This document shows positions 37,912 to 46,920 of a DNA stretch of 64,000 nucleotides, in pieces. A program made the position numbers and the translations under genes. A model generated the notes under the pieces. That model did no database searches. It saw only the letters and a program-made list of their open reading frames with translations, and was not told the DNA's origin. The DNA is from a virus (lineage: Duplodnaviria > Heunggongvirae > Uroviricota > Caudoviricetes): the IMG/VR virus record IMGVR_UViG_3300011960_000019, one strand, 5' to 3'. Position 1 is the stretch's first letter. Every line of letters starts with the position of its first letter.

Positions 37912-38616
37912 GTGAATATGAAAAATATCCTACTGGCATCATTGTTGGTGGCATCGCCGGTCTCATTTGCAGCCAGCTTTGACTGCCATAAGGCTTCGAC
38001 AGAAATCGAACACAAAATCTGTGACAACGAACGCCTGTCAAAATTAGACGAACAACTTAGCGCAACCTATTCCAGCGCGCTCAAGGCTAACCCAGAAAAT
38101 GCAGACACCCTAAAGACGGTTCAACGTCAGTGGATAAATATGCGTGGAAAACTCACTGATGATAAGGCTCTTGAGCTGGCTTATCTTATCCAAATTAATG
38201 GACTCAAGGGGTTGGATGGTTCGGCCAGCACAGCGGTGGTCAATGAGACACCGAAGCCGGTGCAGAAGCAGCCTGAAGTTCAGGAAAAGACAAGCAAGGC
38301 AGACGCAAAGCAGGCTAAGAGCGGTGATGAGCTAACTCTGGAGTCATTCCGAGCTAAGTATATTGAAGTTGACGGTGAATACTACAGCACGACATCCCTT
38401 CCCAGAGGGAGTTCGTTCTTATTCACCTGCGCCAGTCGCATTGCCGATGACCAAGTTAATGTCTGGAAGAAGTACGCAGCAAAAGAGGGCAAGATCGACC
38501 TATTCTTTGAGCTTGAGACTAGAATACACACCGCGATGCTGAATGCCAATTTTCAGAAGCTGAATAGTGATTTAACTAAAACAGGCATTTGCGATCTGAT
38601 TACCGCTGTTCCGTAA
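37912..38616 (+). CDS. secreted protein with N-terminal LprI/DUF1311-like (lysozyme-inhibitor-like) domain
   Basis: Signal peptide, then FDCHKASTEIEHKICDNERLSKLDEQLSATYSSALK...QRQWI matching the DUF1311 Cys pair and helical pattern as I recall it. Confidence 0.45.
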   Translation: MNMKNILLASLLVASPVSFAASFDCHKASTEIEHKICDNERLSKLDEQLSATYSSALKANPENADTLKTVQRQWINMRGKLTDDKALELAYLIQINGLKGLDGSASTAVVNETPKPVQKQPEVQEKTSKADAKQAKSGDELTLESFRAKYIEVDGEYYSTTSLPRGSSFLFTCASRIADDQVNVWKKYAAKEGKIDLFFELETRIHTAMLNANFQKLNSDLTKTGICDLITAVP

Positions 38617-38671
38617 GCCAGATAAGGCCACTATTTGTGGCCTTAAACAATTTGTTTTATAGGTGGTGAAA

Positions 38672-38875
38672 TTAATGGAACCCCAGGCGAACTAAATCCA
38701 TTGGGCAGAACAGACCCTCCACACCTTCGATAGACACGCAGTCAGAACGGCGTAATTGTTCTTCTGATTTGCCTTCTCCGCAGATTTCCTTGATGACTCC
38801 CGTTGCACCATTCGTTGCCACCATCACTCGGCTGCCGGTAGTGATAGCGTTACGGTTGCGATCATAGGTCTTCAT
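38672..38875 (-). CDS. hypothetical protein (67 aa)
   Basis: A leader cassette in minus orientation at 38958-38992 precedes it. Confidence 0.4.
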   Translation of the reverse strand: MKTYDRNRNAITTGSRVMVATNGATGVIKEICGEGKSEEQLRRSDCVSIEGVEGLFCPMDLVRLGFH

Positions 38876-39061
38876 CGTTTCCTCCTTTCACTTGGGTCAA
38901 ATCAGGTTTCAAAAATTGCCGCTTTTCATGTATGTGCGGTTTGCAAAATCTCAAGTTCCGAAACAAATTGTTTTCACCACCTTGTTATTCAATTAACCAG
39001 TAAAGTTGACCAGTACCGTAAAAAATACAACTGTTTATACATTCAGTGTTGAGGGTGAACA

Positions 39062-39328
39062 ATGGGTAGCAAGAATTCCAAATATGTGATCGTCTATAGG
39101 GGCGAAGCACTCGAGCACTTAATACCTGGACAGTTCGTTTTCTTCCAACGTAAAAAAGAATACGGCGATGGATTCTGGCTTGGTAAAACGCATGAGGACG
39201 GGTTCGAGTTTGTGCTGGAACAACCCACTTCACTTAGTTACGGGCTTGCGTATCTGATCAGTCTGTCTAGTGTTGAAGCCAGACATATGGAGTTTGTGGA
39301 CGACATAGATGATTTTAAATTGACCTAA
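39062..39328 (+). CDS. hypothetical protein (88 aa)
   Basis: ORF track. Confidence 0.4.
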   Translation: MGSKNSKYVIVYRGEALEHLIPGQFVFFQRKKEYGDGFWLGKTHEDGFEFVLEQPTSLSYGLAYLISLSSVEARHMEFVDDIDDFKLT

Positions 39329-39412
39329 TTACCCCTTAAACATTTTGTTTTCAGTCTTTTGTTATCTGAGATAATAACGCATATAAGAAAACAATTTGTT
39401 TAAGGAGTTGGT

Positions 39413-39730
39413 ATGTTGAAGCTCACGGAAGTCTACAAAACGGCAGTGATCAGCACCGCTCATGTAACGGCAGCGGATTCAGAACGGCTACCCATTGCCT
39501 GCTTCGACCCACTTACTGATCGCGGGTTGAATTGGGTACACGGTACACAGTACGGCTGGATTGTTCGTGCTGGAATGCGAGGGAATGACTGGAAAGAAGA
39601 GCTGCGTGAGTATGGCATTTCCGAAGAGACGATCTCTAACATACAGACCATAGTGGATGCCGGCTTTGACGCGGTTCACTTCGATTGCGACGCCGAGCTG
39701 GTGGACGGATTACCTGGCTGGGACTGGTAA
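39413..39730 (+). CDS. hypothetical protein (105 aa)
   Basis: RBS aaggag. Leader cassette at 39368-39405. An 11-bp IR hairpin follows at 39752-39797. Confidence 0.45.
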   Translation: MLKLTEVYKTAVISTAHVTAADSERLPIACFDPLTDRGLNWVHGTQYGWIVRAGMRGNDWKEELREYGISEETISNIQTIVDAGFDAVHFDCDAELVDGLPGWDW

Positions 39731-39811
39731 GCCTTTTTTTGTCGTGGACAGATCGGCTCTCCATGTGAGATACCAGATATCAGAGCCGATCTCATAAGGG
39801 ACATTTTCTGC

Positions 39812-40648
39812 ATGGAACTATTCCAGTACCTTCAGTCGCTATACCCGCAGCTGACCCCAAATAACAGCAAAATTCATTTAGCCAGCACCAACGAATATAA
39901 AGAAAACCCGATACAGGAGTTCGTGAAAGAGACGTTCGACGACTGGCAATGCCTGCAGAAGCTGAAAAGCTTCAATCGTACCTACGTTGTCTCTCTTATT
40001 CAGACTGAAGATAAGGCGCGATTTCTCTATGCTGGCACCTATCTCAACGTTGGGTGTTCTCTGACAGCATCACATGCAGTACCTGGCCGGAACGAAGACT
40101 ACTATCTCTATCAACTGACACCTGTTCCTGAACTGGATGAATATCGTGGACGTTTGTATGTCAGTGCGGAGCGTCCTCGCAGATCTATTTTGAACGGCGA
40201 AACTCTTGCCGGAAAACTGCGAGTCGTTGAGATTGCGCCATCCTGTCTATCATTTGGCGAGTTTCCCGGCTACAAAGACGTAGTTCTGGACAGAGCCAGT
40301 CTCGGAACCATCATTCGGCAGGAGTTAAAGTCGTGGAGAACTGCACTGAGTATTGTCAAAGGCATCTACCTGCTGACTGATGTTGATGGCGAGAAGTTGT
40401 ATGTTGGCCAGGCAAACGGCAAAGGCGGAATATGGGGAAGATGGAAGACCTACTTTAAAACGGGTCACGGCGGGAATGCTGGCCTGATTGAAGCGTTTGG
40501 AACCGGCGATGAGGAAAGGCTCAAGAATGTCACGTTCTCTATTCTGGAAATCATGGACATTAACAGTGACGCCTGCGAGATAAACCGACGAGAATCACAC
40601 TGGAAACGCATACTGCTTTCTCGTTCAGTAGGACACAATAGGAATTGA
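39812..40648 (+). CDS. protein with unknown N-terminal domain and C-terminal GIY-YIG nuclease domain
   Basis: GIYLLTDVDGEKLYVGQANGKGGIWGRW...E...N in the last 100 aa. Confidence 0.55.
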   Translation: MELFQYLQSLYPQLTPNNSKIHLASTNEYKENPIQEFVKETFDDWQCLQKLKSFNRTYVVSLIQTEDKARFLYAGTYLNVGCSLTASHAVPGRNEDYYLYQLTPVPELDEYRGRLYVSAERPRRSILNGETLAGKLRVVEIAPSCLSFGEFPGYKDVVLDRASLGTIIRQELKSWRTALSIVKGIYLLTDVDGEKLYVGQANGKGGIWGRWKTYFKTGHGGNAGLIEAFGTGDEERLKNVTFSILEIMDINSDACEINRRESHWKRILLSRSVGHNRN

Positions 40649-40789
40649 GTTATTGTCGAAATTGTAGCGTTTATTTGTTTACACATATAAGAAAACAAAT
40701 AAATAACAAGAGCTATAATATCTTGGCTAAGTAGTTGATCGGCCCCCTTAGTCAACCGATTACTGGAACGAGACATTTAAGAGGACAAT

Positions 40790-41980
40790 ATGACGGATAC
40801 AGCTTTTTCGAAATCGTTACAAAAGGAAGTCGACCCCGAGCAGTACTTGGCACTTAAAAATTTAGATGATAGCTCAGTTCATGCTGTCGCTCGTGAAGAC
40901 ATCATCTGTCCAATTTGCAAAGTCGGAGGTGGCTCGTTTGTTAGAGCCTCTAGGAATGATGGTTATCACAAGAAGGCGCATTTCAGATTTACTGGTGAAG
41001 CTGGCCAAGGCCACCATCCATCATGTGACTTCTACGGAGATAGGTTAACATCTGAGGTAAGGCAGCACCTTGTCACATTCACGAAAGATCGAACAAAGTA
41101 TTCGCAGGTAATACGAAAACTGGTATGCGCCGGCATACAGGAAGGGATTTTTACGCAAGAAAAAATGTGGCAGATGAGGGAATGGTTCTTCAATAAGCGT
41201 AAGGACTCCACATTTGAAATATGGCTGGAAAAGGGTCATTTGGATTGGCTTGACTATATTAGCGGGTTACGTGAATCATATTTGGCATGGACAAACCCGG
41301 ATATTATGCCTTTCTCACCCATTCAGGCTACTGTGCCTGGTTTTTCTTGGTCTCGTGCAATTGACAAAGAGGTGCTAAGAGTTCACATCAAGACTCTCCA
41401 GCAATTGCGTAAAATTTCAGTATCCCATAGAGACATTTCGGCAATCTTAGAACACATAGATAATAATCGTGGCCGTGCAATTCTCGACCCATCGCTTTTG
41501 GAAGATGAGATAAATAAGACTTACAAGCTTACTGGGTTTGTGATGAGCAATTACATTGAGTTTAAGACAAAAACGGTTAGCGACAGAGCATATGGAGAGG
41601 CTAAGTTTCTGGCATTTGCCGCACTGCTGTTATTCGTGTCTGATTGGGATCTCAACATTGCTATTGGTAAGTTTTCCAAGATTGCCAGAGTGAAGGAGGT
41701 TGATGACATGCTGGCTGGTAATTTCATTGGTCTTAACCCTTACTTCCGGTACGACGTGGCTAAAGCTGTGAAGAAATTGCAGGATAACTGGCCGATTGAA
41801 TACCAAGAGTTGGAACATTGGGATGTAGAAAAATCTATGCGTGAGGCATATGAAAAGTGGTGTTCGACAGAGCCAGAATTCGCTCCACCTCTTTTACCCG
41901 ACCTGTATGTTACCCAACACGAGAAAGAAGTCGCACGAGACGAGGAAATCAGGCAGTGGATTAAGAACGGAGATGTTTGA
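40790..41980 (+). CDS. hypothetical 396-aa protein with N-terminal Cys/His cluster
   Basis: CPICK...H...HHPSCDFYG suggests a zinc-binding module. The rest is unassignable. Confidence 0.45.
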   Translation: MTDTAFSKSLQKEVDPEQYLALKNLDDSSVHAVAREDIICPICKVGGGSFVRASRNDGYHKKAHFRFTGEAGQGHHPSCDFYGDRLTSEVRQHLVTFTKDRTKYSQVIRKLVCAGIQEGIFTQEKMWQMREWFFNKRKDSTFEIWLEKGHLDWLDYISGLRESYLAWTNPDIMPFSPIQATVPGFSWSRAIDKEVLRVHIKTLQQLRKISVSHRDISAILEHIDNNRGRAILDPSLLEDEINKTYKLTGFVMSNYIEFKTKTVSDRAYGEAKFLAFAALLLFVSDWDLNIAIGKFSKIARVKEVDDMLAGNFIGLNPYFRYDVAKAVKKLQDNWPIEYQELEHWDVEKSMREAYEKWCSTEPEFAPPLLPDLYVTQHEKEVARDEEIRQWIKNGDV

Positions 41981-42417
41981 GCACAACTAGCTTAATCAAT
42001 CCGTTGACATTGGCGGTCACAAATTGAGGATTTCTATAAGAGTCCGTTGATCGCCACTTTCCCCACCTCTCCAACCTACCCCAACCCAGGCGTGACAGGG
42101 CATTTAAGCAAGTTACACCCATAAGAAAACAAATAAATAACATATCAACGAAAAGTCAACGCTTTTCCCTGATTTGGTCTAAAAAGTTGACGTTTTCGCA
42201 CGCCATCTCTTATATCCAAAATCCTGCGCACCAGAATCCATCTCCCTGCGACCAAAACGCCAAAAACGACTCGTGATACCACCCCAAAACAGACACACTC
42301 AGAAGCGCTCCCGTTGCGTTATATTGGACGTCTAAACAAGTTGTTTTCATGCACAAGAAAACAAGTTAACCACACCCACAGGAAACCCAGAGACGCCACT
42401 GCCCACAATCCCGGAAA

Positions 42418-42509
42418 CACCCACCTCTTCCTGTCAGGCTACCGAAAAGACCCACCTCTTTGCCCCAGGCTACAGACCACCCACCTAATCTTCCCAGGCA
42501 ACCGAGAAC
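42418..42509. repeat. three tandem ~30-bp direct repeats ACCCACCTCTT-N5-CAGGCTACCGA
   Basis: Units at 42418-42448, 42449-42477 and 42478-42509. A fourth copy lies at 45650-45684. Confidence 0.7.
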
Positions 42510-42529
42510 GCAGCTCGCGAATGCAAACC

Positions 42530-42800
42530 CCTACACGCCATTACCCAATACACGGAGAAGAACAACCAGAACGAAACCCCGGACAAACCCAGACCAGAAC
42601 AGGAACCGTCGCCATCTCGCTTACCCACCATTACCCCGGAAGAGAACGCAAATTCCTGAATTGCAGGGAACGCCTTTACTTCATATGCGGAGAACAGCAA
42701 AAGCGCCCTACTGCCATTACCCACACTTCCACCATTTCACGTAAACGGAGAGAAAAGCGCACCTGCCATTACTCAATACACGGAGAAGAAAACTCACCAA
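42530..42800. repeat. four spaced copies of (T)GCCATTACCCAATACACGGAGAAGAA-like repeat at ~80-bp intervals
   Basis: Copies beginning at about 42536, 42617, 42711 and 42762. Confidence 0.6.
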
Positions 42801-43127
42801 AACGACGAGAACAACCCAGACGAAAACACAAAGAAGAACCACCTCAAGAAGAACAAAACCACATACGCCGGTAGAGAGAACAAACCACCCATTTCACCCA
42901 AAGGAATACTCGCCGTATAGAGCGTTATCAGGGGGAAGGTTTGCACGTCCACAGGAGAGAAAATCCGTAGAGATTTAACTGGAGGTATAAGTGGGAAGAG
43001 GGAGAGGGGTATCGCTACTTTCTCCGTAGAAATTCAAGCCATAGTTTTCATCCCTCGTAATGTCTCTCTCCACCCCTTCGGTCAACCTTCGGGACATCCA
43101 GGGAAAAGGCCATGTCCCTTTTCAGAA

Positions 43128-43290
43128 ACGGGAGCGTCGCAGCAGGGAAACGGCTGGAGATTTTCAGGGAAACGGTGGGAATCCCGCTATACGAACCGGG
43201 AAAAGGCTGGCTGCCGGTCGGGAAACGGGTACATCCCGGTACAGAGCGAGGGACGGCTGCGGGAGCGGTGCGGGAAATCCTCGGGAGTGC
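43128..43290. repeat. cluster of GGGAAACGG(C/T)(T/G)GG direct repeats
   Basis: agggaaacggctgg, agggaaacggtggg, cgggaaaaggctgg, cgggaaacgggtac, cgggaaatcctcgg. Confidence 0.6.
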
Positions 43291-43392
43291 GCCTTACTCT
43301 TCGCTCGCCTGAAAATCGCGGGGGAGTGTCGTTCCCTCTCGTGCAGCTGCTGAACTCCATTCTGCCAGACCATCCTCGGGTCTCAAGCGATT

Positions 43393-43602
43393 TCAGTAGG
43401 TTTTCGGGGGAGTTTTCTTCTGTTTCTTCTCTTCTCGCAACCTGCGGGCCAATTGCTTGATTTCTTCATCTCGTGCTTTTTGTTTCTTGCCAAGTGGTGT
43501 TTTGGAATGTCTCCATCCGCGCCATGAGCAGTAAACGATTGTGAAAACAATAAGCACGGCATCCCACGAAAGAAAGCCATTTTTGTAGAGCCAGTCGACC
43601 AT
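43393..43602 (-). CDS. small membrane protein with basic C-terminus (69 aa)
   Basis: LIVFTIVYCSW TM segment, then KQKARDEEIKQLARRLREEKKQKK. Confidence 0.4.
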   Translation of the reverse strand: MVDWLYKNGFLSWDAVLIVFTIVYCSWRGWRHSKTPLGKKQKARDEEIKQLARRLREEKKQKKTPPKTY

Positions 43603-43706
43603 TATATACCCCCATTAGATTGCTTAGGTTGTACAACTTATGAGTCGCTTCAGCAATGTAAAAATAGTTGCTGCCCTTGATATTATTCTTTTTCGCCTAT
43701 GTCTTA

Positions 43707-43746
43707 TTGCGATAATAACACCAACAAAAAAACAACGTGTTTAGGC
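43707..43746 (+). promoter_or_regulatory. promoter-leader cassette with extended -10 (TTGCGATAAT) and AAACAA-N-TTGTTT leader
   Basis: ttgcgataataacaccaacaaaaaaacaacgtgtttagg. Confidence 0.55.
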
Positions 43747-43759
43747 AAATGAGAAACAC

Positions 43760-43975
43760 ATGTACGAGCATCTGAATATCAGCATCACTCTCTGTGGCGA
43801 GGAAGCGTCATCCGAGTGTGAGATCTCCCTCGATGACGTTATCCGTTCCCTGGATGTTGCTGGTCGCGTGGCGACGCTCATCTCTGAAGGACGCAGAGAG
43901 GGGACGTTTGATTTCCATATCGAGGACAACCCAATGTCCGTCGCGTGGAACTGCACGACGTCAGAAACGAAGTGA
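43760..43975 (+). CDS. hypothetical protein (71 aa)
   Basis: ORF track. Confidence 0.4.
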   Translation: MYEHLNISITLCGEEASSECEISLDDVIRSLDVAGRVATLISEGRREGTFDFHIEDNPMSVAWNCTTSETK

Positions 43976-43985
43976 GGGTGAAGAG

Positions 43986-44204
43986 ATGATTAAGATGCCT
44001 GTGATGGTTGAGGTGTGGAGCGTGGATTCCTTGGCTGAGTGCCTGGATGCTGTGGGGCCGGAGTTGTACCGCAAGTTGTGGTCGTTCGTCCCGGCTGAAG
44101 GGGAATCACCCAAAGGGAAGGATATCTGGCATCTGCTCAGTGAAGATGAACAGCGGGAGCTGGTGGACGCGGTACACATCGAGTTCCCGGACGACGAAGA
44201 TTAA
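43986..44204 (+). CDS. hypothetical acidic protein (72 aa)
   Basis: Internal Met of track ORF 43794..44204 with RBS gaggg. The upstream part of that ORF overlaps the previous gene out of frame. Confidence 0.4.
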   Translation: MIKMPVMVEVWSVDSLAECLDAVGPELYRKLWSFVPAEGESPKGKDIWHLLSEDEQRELVDAVHIEFPDDED

Positions 44205-44295
44205 GCGTGAGGCCACCGTGCTGGTGGCTTTTTGCTGTTTGCAACCTCCGGGGCAGCGTAGCACCGTAACGCTATGCTTTGTAGCCGTTTTCTCG

Positions 44296-44336
44296 CTGGT
44301 ATTATTTACACCAACAAGAAAACAAGTTGTTTACGG
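44296..44336 (+). promoter_or_regulatory. promoter-leader cassette
   Basis: ctggtattatttacaccaacaagaaaacaagttgtttacgg. Confidence 0.55.
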
Positions 44337-44344
44337 AGTGAATT

Positions 44345-44656
44345 ATGAAGAACGCGATGATCACCAAACTGAGCGCGGGCCAGCCACGTAAAGAAAAACC
44401 AACCGTAATGAGCCAACTGACCCTGCTCGATATCATTGCCAACGGCACTGCCATTCGCCTGTTCAAAGAGACGCTGGTCTCGTTCGACAATGGTTACCGC
44501 ACGCGTTACGTAATGAGTGTGCGTCGCCAGAGTGGAAGAGGGTGGATGGCAAAACAGATCATCTGGCCAGAAGGAGAGCTGGAACAGGCGCTACTGGAGG
44601 CGAACAAAGTAGCCCAGCAAGAAATCCAGCGTGCCTCTCTCCTGGCGACAGCCTGA
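44345..44656 (+). CDS. hypothetical protein (103 aa)
   Basis: Terminator at 44684-44712. Confidence 0.45.
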   Translation: MKNAMITKLSAGQPRKEKPTVMSQLTLLDIIANGTAIRLFKETLVSFDNGYRTRYVMSVRRQSGRGWMAKQIIWPEGELEQALLEANKVAQQEIQRASLLATA

Positions 44657-44784
44657 CATGTGCAAAAGCGATTAGTCGTCCCTACGACAGCCCCGTCCAT
44701 CCTTCGGGGCTTTTTTGCTTACCTGTATTGTAAGTACTTACCTATGACAATAATATAATCAGGTCAACAACAGGGAGACCAAAA

Positions 44785-45180
44785 ATGACTGTAATTCGTG
44801 AAAACCTGGTTCTTGATTTGTACTATGCGTCAGAAACAACCTCAGGCGGAAAAGTTGCAAAACTGACCGCTATTCTGCGTGACAGCACGAACGGGACTGA
44901 AGTGCTCACCACCACCCTGATCCGCACCGGGACAGAAGAGGATTGGGTGTACACCGTAGGCTTCCAGAGCATCAGCGACGCATCCGAACCAATGCTGCTG
45001 AAACTGGAAACGTATTTCCGCGGCGTAGACAAAGAGATGTTTGAGAAGATGATGGTGAAAGCAGACGAGCTGTACACCTCCTACTTGAACCCGAGCAACA
45101 CCTGGCTTGGACAATACGGTCTGCGCATCGTGTCCAACGAACCGGTTGAAAACTACATCCCGGAAAGCGTATTCGCTTAA
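44785..45180 (+). CDS. hypothetical protein (131 aa)
   Basis: Palindrome-family motif and promoter at 44720-44760. Terminator at 45186-45212. Confidence 0.45.
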   Translation: MTVIRENLVLDLYYASETTSGGKVAKLTAILRDSTNGTEVLTTTLIRTGTEEDWVYTVGFQSISDASEPMLLKLETYFRGVDKEMFEKMMVKADELYTSYLNPSNTWLGQYGLRIVSNEPVENYIPESVFA

Positions 45181-45251
45181 TCCCTCCAATGGCGCGTACC
45201 CCGCGCCATTTTCTTATCCCCGATAACAAAATGTTTTTTGCCTTATCCACA

Positions 45252-45290
45252 TTGCGATAATTACACCAACAAGAAAACAAGATGTTTACG
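45252..45290 (+). promoter_or_regulatory. promoter-leader cassette
   Basis: ttgcgataattacaccaacaagaaaacaagatgtttacg. Confidence 0.55.
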
Positions 45291-45291
45291 C

Positions 45292-45588
45292 ATGGCGGAT
45301 ATGCACATGACCGATTTCACTATCTCCCCTAAAGCTGAAAACGTATGGCTGGAATCCTGGCTCGACCTGTCGCCGGAAGAACAGCAGGAAATGGATCACG
45401 TTGAACAGGACGAACAATATGATGCCCGCTTCTTCCGCTTTGAGGACAGCGTTTATGATATTGCCGACTTCATGCGCGATGACCGCTTCCCGGACTGGCA
45501 CGCAGGCTACCCATTAAATGCCTTCGCCATGCTGATGATCCGCGTGGATGGCTCCGGCGATACCATCGACGTCGGTCTGCTCCACTAA
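45292..45588 (+). CDS. hypothetical acidic protein (98 aa)
   Basis: Met immediately after the leader cassette. Terminator at 45593-45620. Confidence 0.45.
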   Translation: MADMHMTDFTISPKAENVWLESWLDLSPEEQQEMDHVEQDEQYDARFFRFEDSVYDIADFMRDDRFPDWHAGYPLNAFAMLMIRVDGSGDTIDVGLLH

Positions 45589-45740
45589 GAGAACGAGGCC
45601 ACCCATGCCGGTGGCCTTAAATGACCATCCTGTTTCCCGCAGGCTAAAAACACCCACCTCTTGTCGCCAGGCTACCGAACAACCCTCCGACTCCCTGCCG
45701 GCCACCAGCTGCCGGAACAGAACGCTTGGACGCCTTATGC

Positions 45741-45785
45741 GCGTAGCGATAATTAAACCAACAAGAAAACAAGTTGTTTAAAGGA
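45741..45785 (+). promoter_or_regulatory. promoter-leader cassette
   Basis: gcgtagcgataattaaaccaacaagaaaacaagttgtttaaagg. Confidence 0.55.
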
Positions 45786-45793
45786 TTATCACC

Positions 45794-46276
45794 ATGAACT
45801 TTATCGCTACTGTTAACACCCCTGCGCATGGCCATATTTCTGTGACGTTCTCTGATAACGAGAAAAGCGTGCTGGGCGCCTGGCGTGACAATGTAACCAT
45901 CGAGCTGTCCGGGAAAGAGAAACAGCAGATCACCAATGACATTATCTGCAACCGTCGCCATAAACGCGTATTTGAAAAAGCGTATGTCTCCACTTCGGGA
46001 TTTGGCGTATTCATCTTCCCGGTACGCAGCGGTCGCTTCTGCCAGTCAAAACTCATCGAGTTCGCCACGCAGATCGCGCTATGGGTTAAAACAGAATCCG
46101 GGTTCGACTTCAGCGAACAGGAAGCAGTGGGGGAGGGGATGCGTATCGCCAACAATGCCATCAAGTGCAAAAACGTCACCTACGAAGCAGGAATCGACTC
46201 GTGGAGTGTCTCGTGCGGGGAATACGTGAAAGAGGTGTACGGAAAGAACCGCATTCACATCCTGACTGGCAAGTAA
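45794..46276 (+). CDS. hypothetical protein (160 aa)
   Basis: Terminator at 46280-46310. Confidence 0.45.
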   Translation: MNFIATVNTPAHGHISVTFSDNEKSVLGAWRDNVTIELSGKEKQQITNDIICNRRHKRVFEKAYVSTSGFGVFIFPVRSGRFCQSKLIEFATQIALWVKTESGFDFSEQEAVGEGMRIANNAIKCKNVTYEAGIDSWSVSCGEYVKEVYGKNRIHILTGK

Positions 46277-46334
46277 GAGGGGAGGGGCTGGAAACGCCCC
46301 TTTCTTTTCGTCCACCAGCTGCCGCAGGGATATT

Positions 46335-46405
46335 CAGAAACGGCCAGAGGGCTGTCCGGGGAACCGAAGGGAAACGGCCAGGGAATTTTCGGGAAACGGC
46401 TGGGT
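46335..46405. repeat. second cluster of GGGAAACGGC direct repeats
   Basis: cagaaacggccagagg, agggaaacggccaggg, cgggaaacggctgggt. Confidence 0.55.
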
Positions 46406-46920
46406 TTGCCTTTATGTAGAAAACAGAGCGGGAGAAGTCCAGAATCCTGCCAGAAAATATCGCAGGGGCGCTGGGGTAACGCTGGTGGAGTTTCAGCCCC
46501 TGAGCCATCCAGATAGCTTTCGCTATGTGATTATGTGAATCCGTGGGTAAACCACTGCAAGCGCGTACACGTCGCGCCAACGTGCCAATGATACGCGAGC
46601 GCCCACGGATAGCGCCAACATTGCCGACACGTCCCGAAGGATAGCGCGGATCACGTCGCCAGCTATCGCCAGACGATCACGCCCACGACACGACAAAATA
46701 AACCACGCGCTAAAACGCTGTAAAACGCGCTATAACGTGTTTTTTATTGTGGGTAATGGGTATGACCACCACACATAAAAACGCGTTAAATTGGCGCGTT
46801 TATGGCGCTTATTTTGGGTCTGTTTTGGCTGACTTCAGACAATAAAAAACGCGCCAACAATGGCGCGTTATGATGTGCGGATCTTGAAACGAAAAAAGCG
46901 CCCACTATGGGCGCTATTGC

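Noticed and set aside
42314-42874. 186-aa ORF (His/Pro/Thr/Arg-rich) inside the repeat region
   Set aside because: It is a low-complexity translation of AC-rich tandem repeats. It has no RBS or start context, and a second overlapping frame (42460-42744) is equally 'open'.
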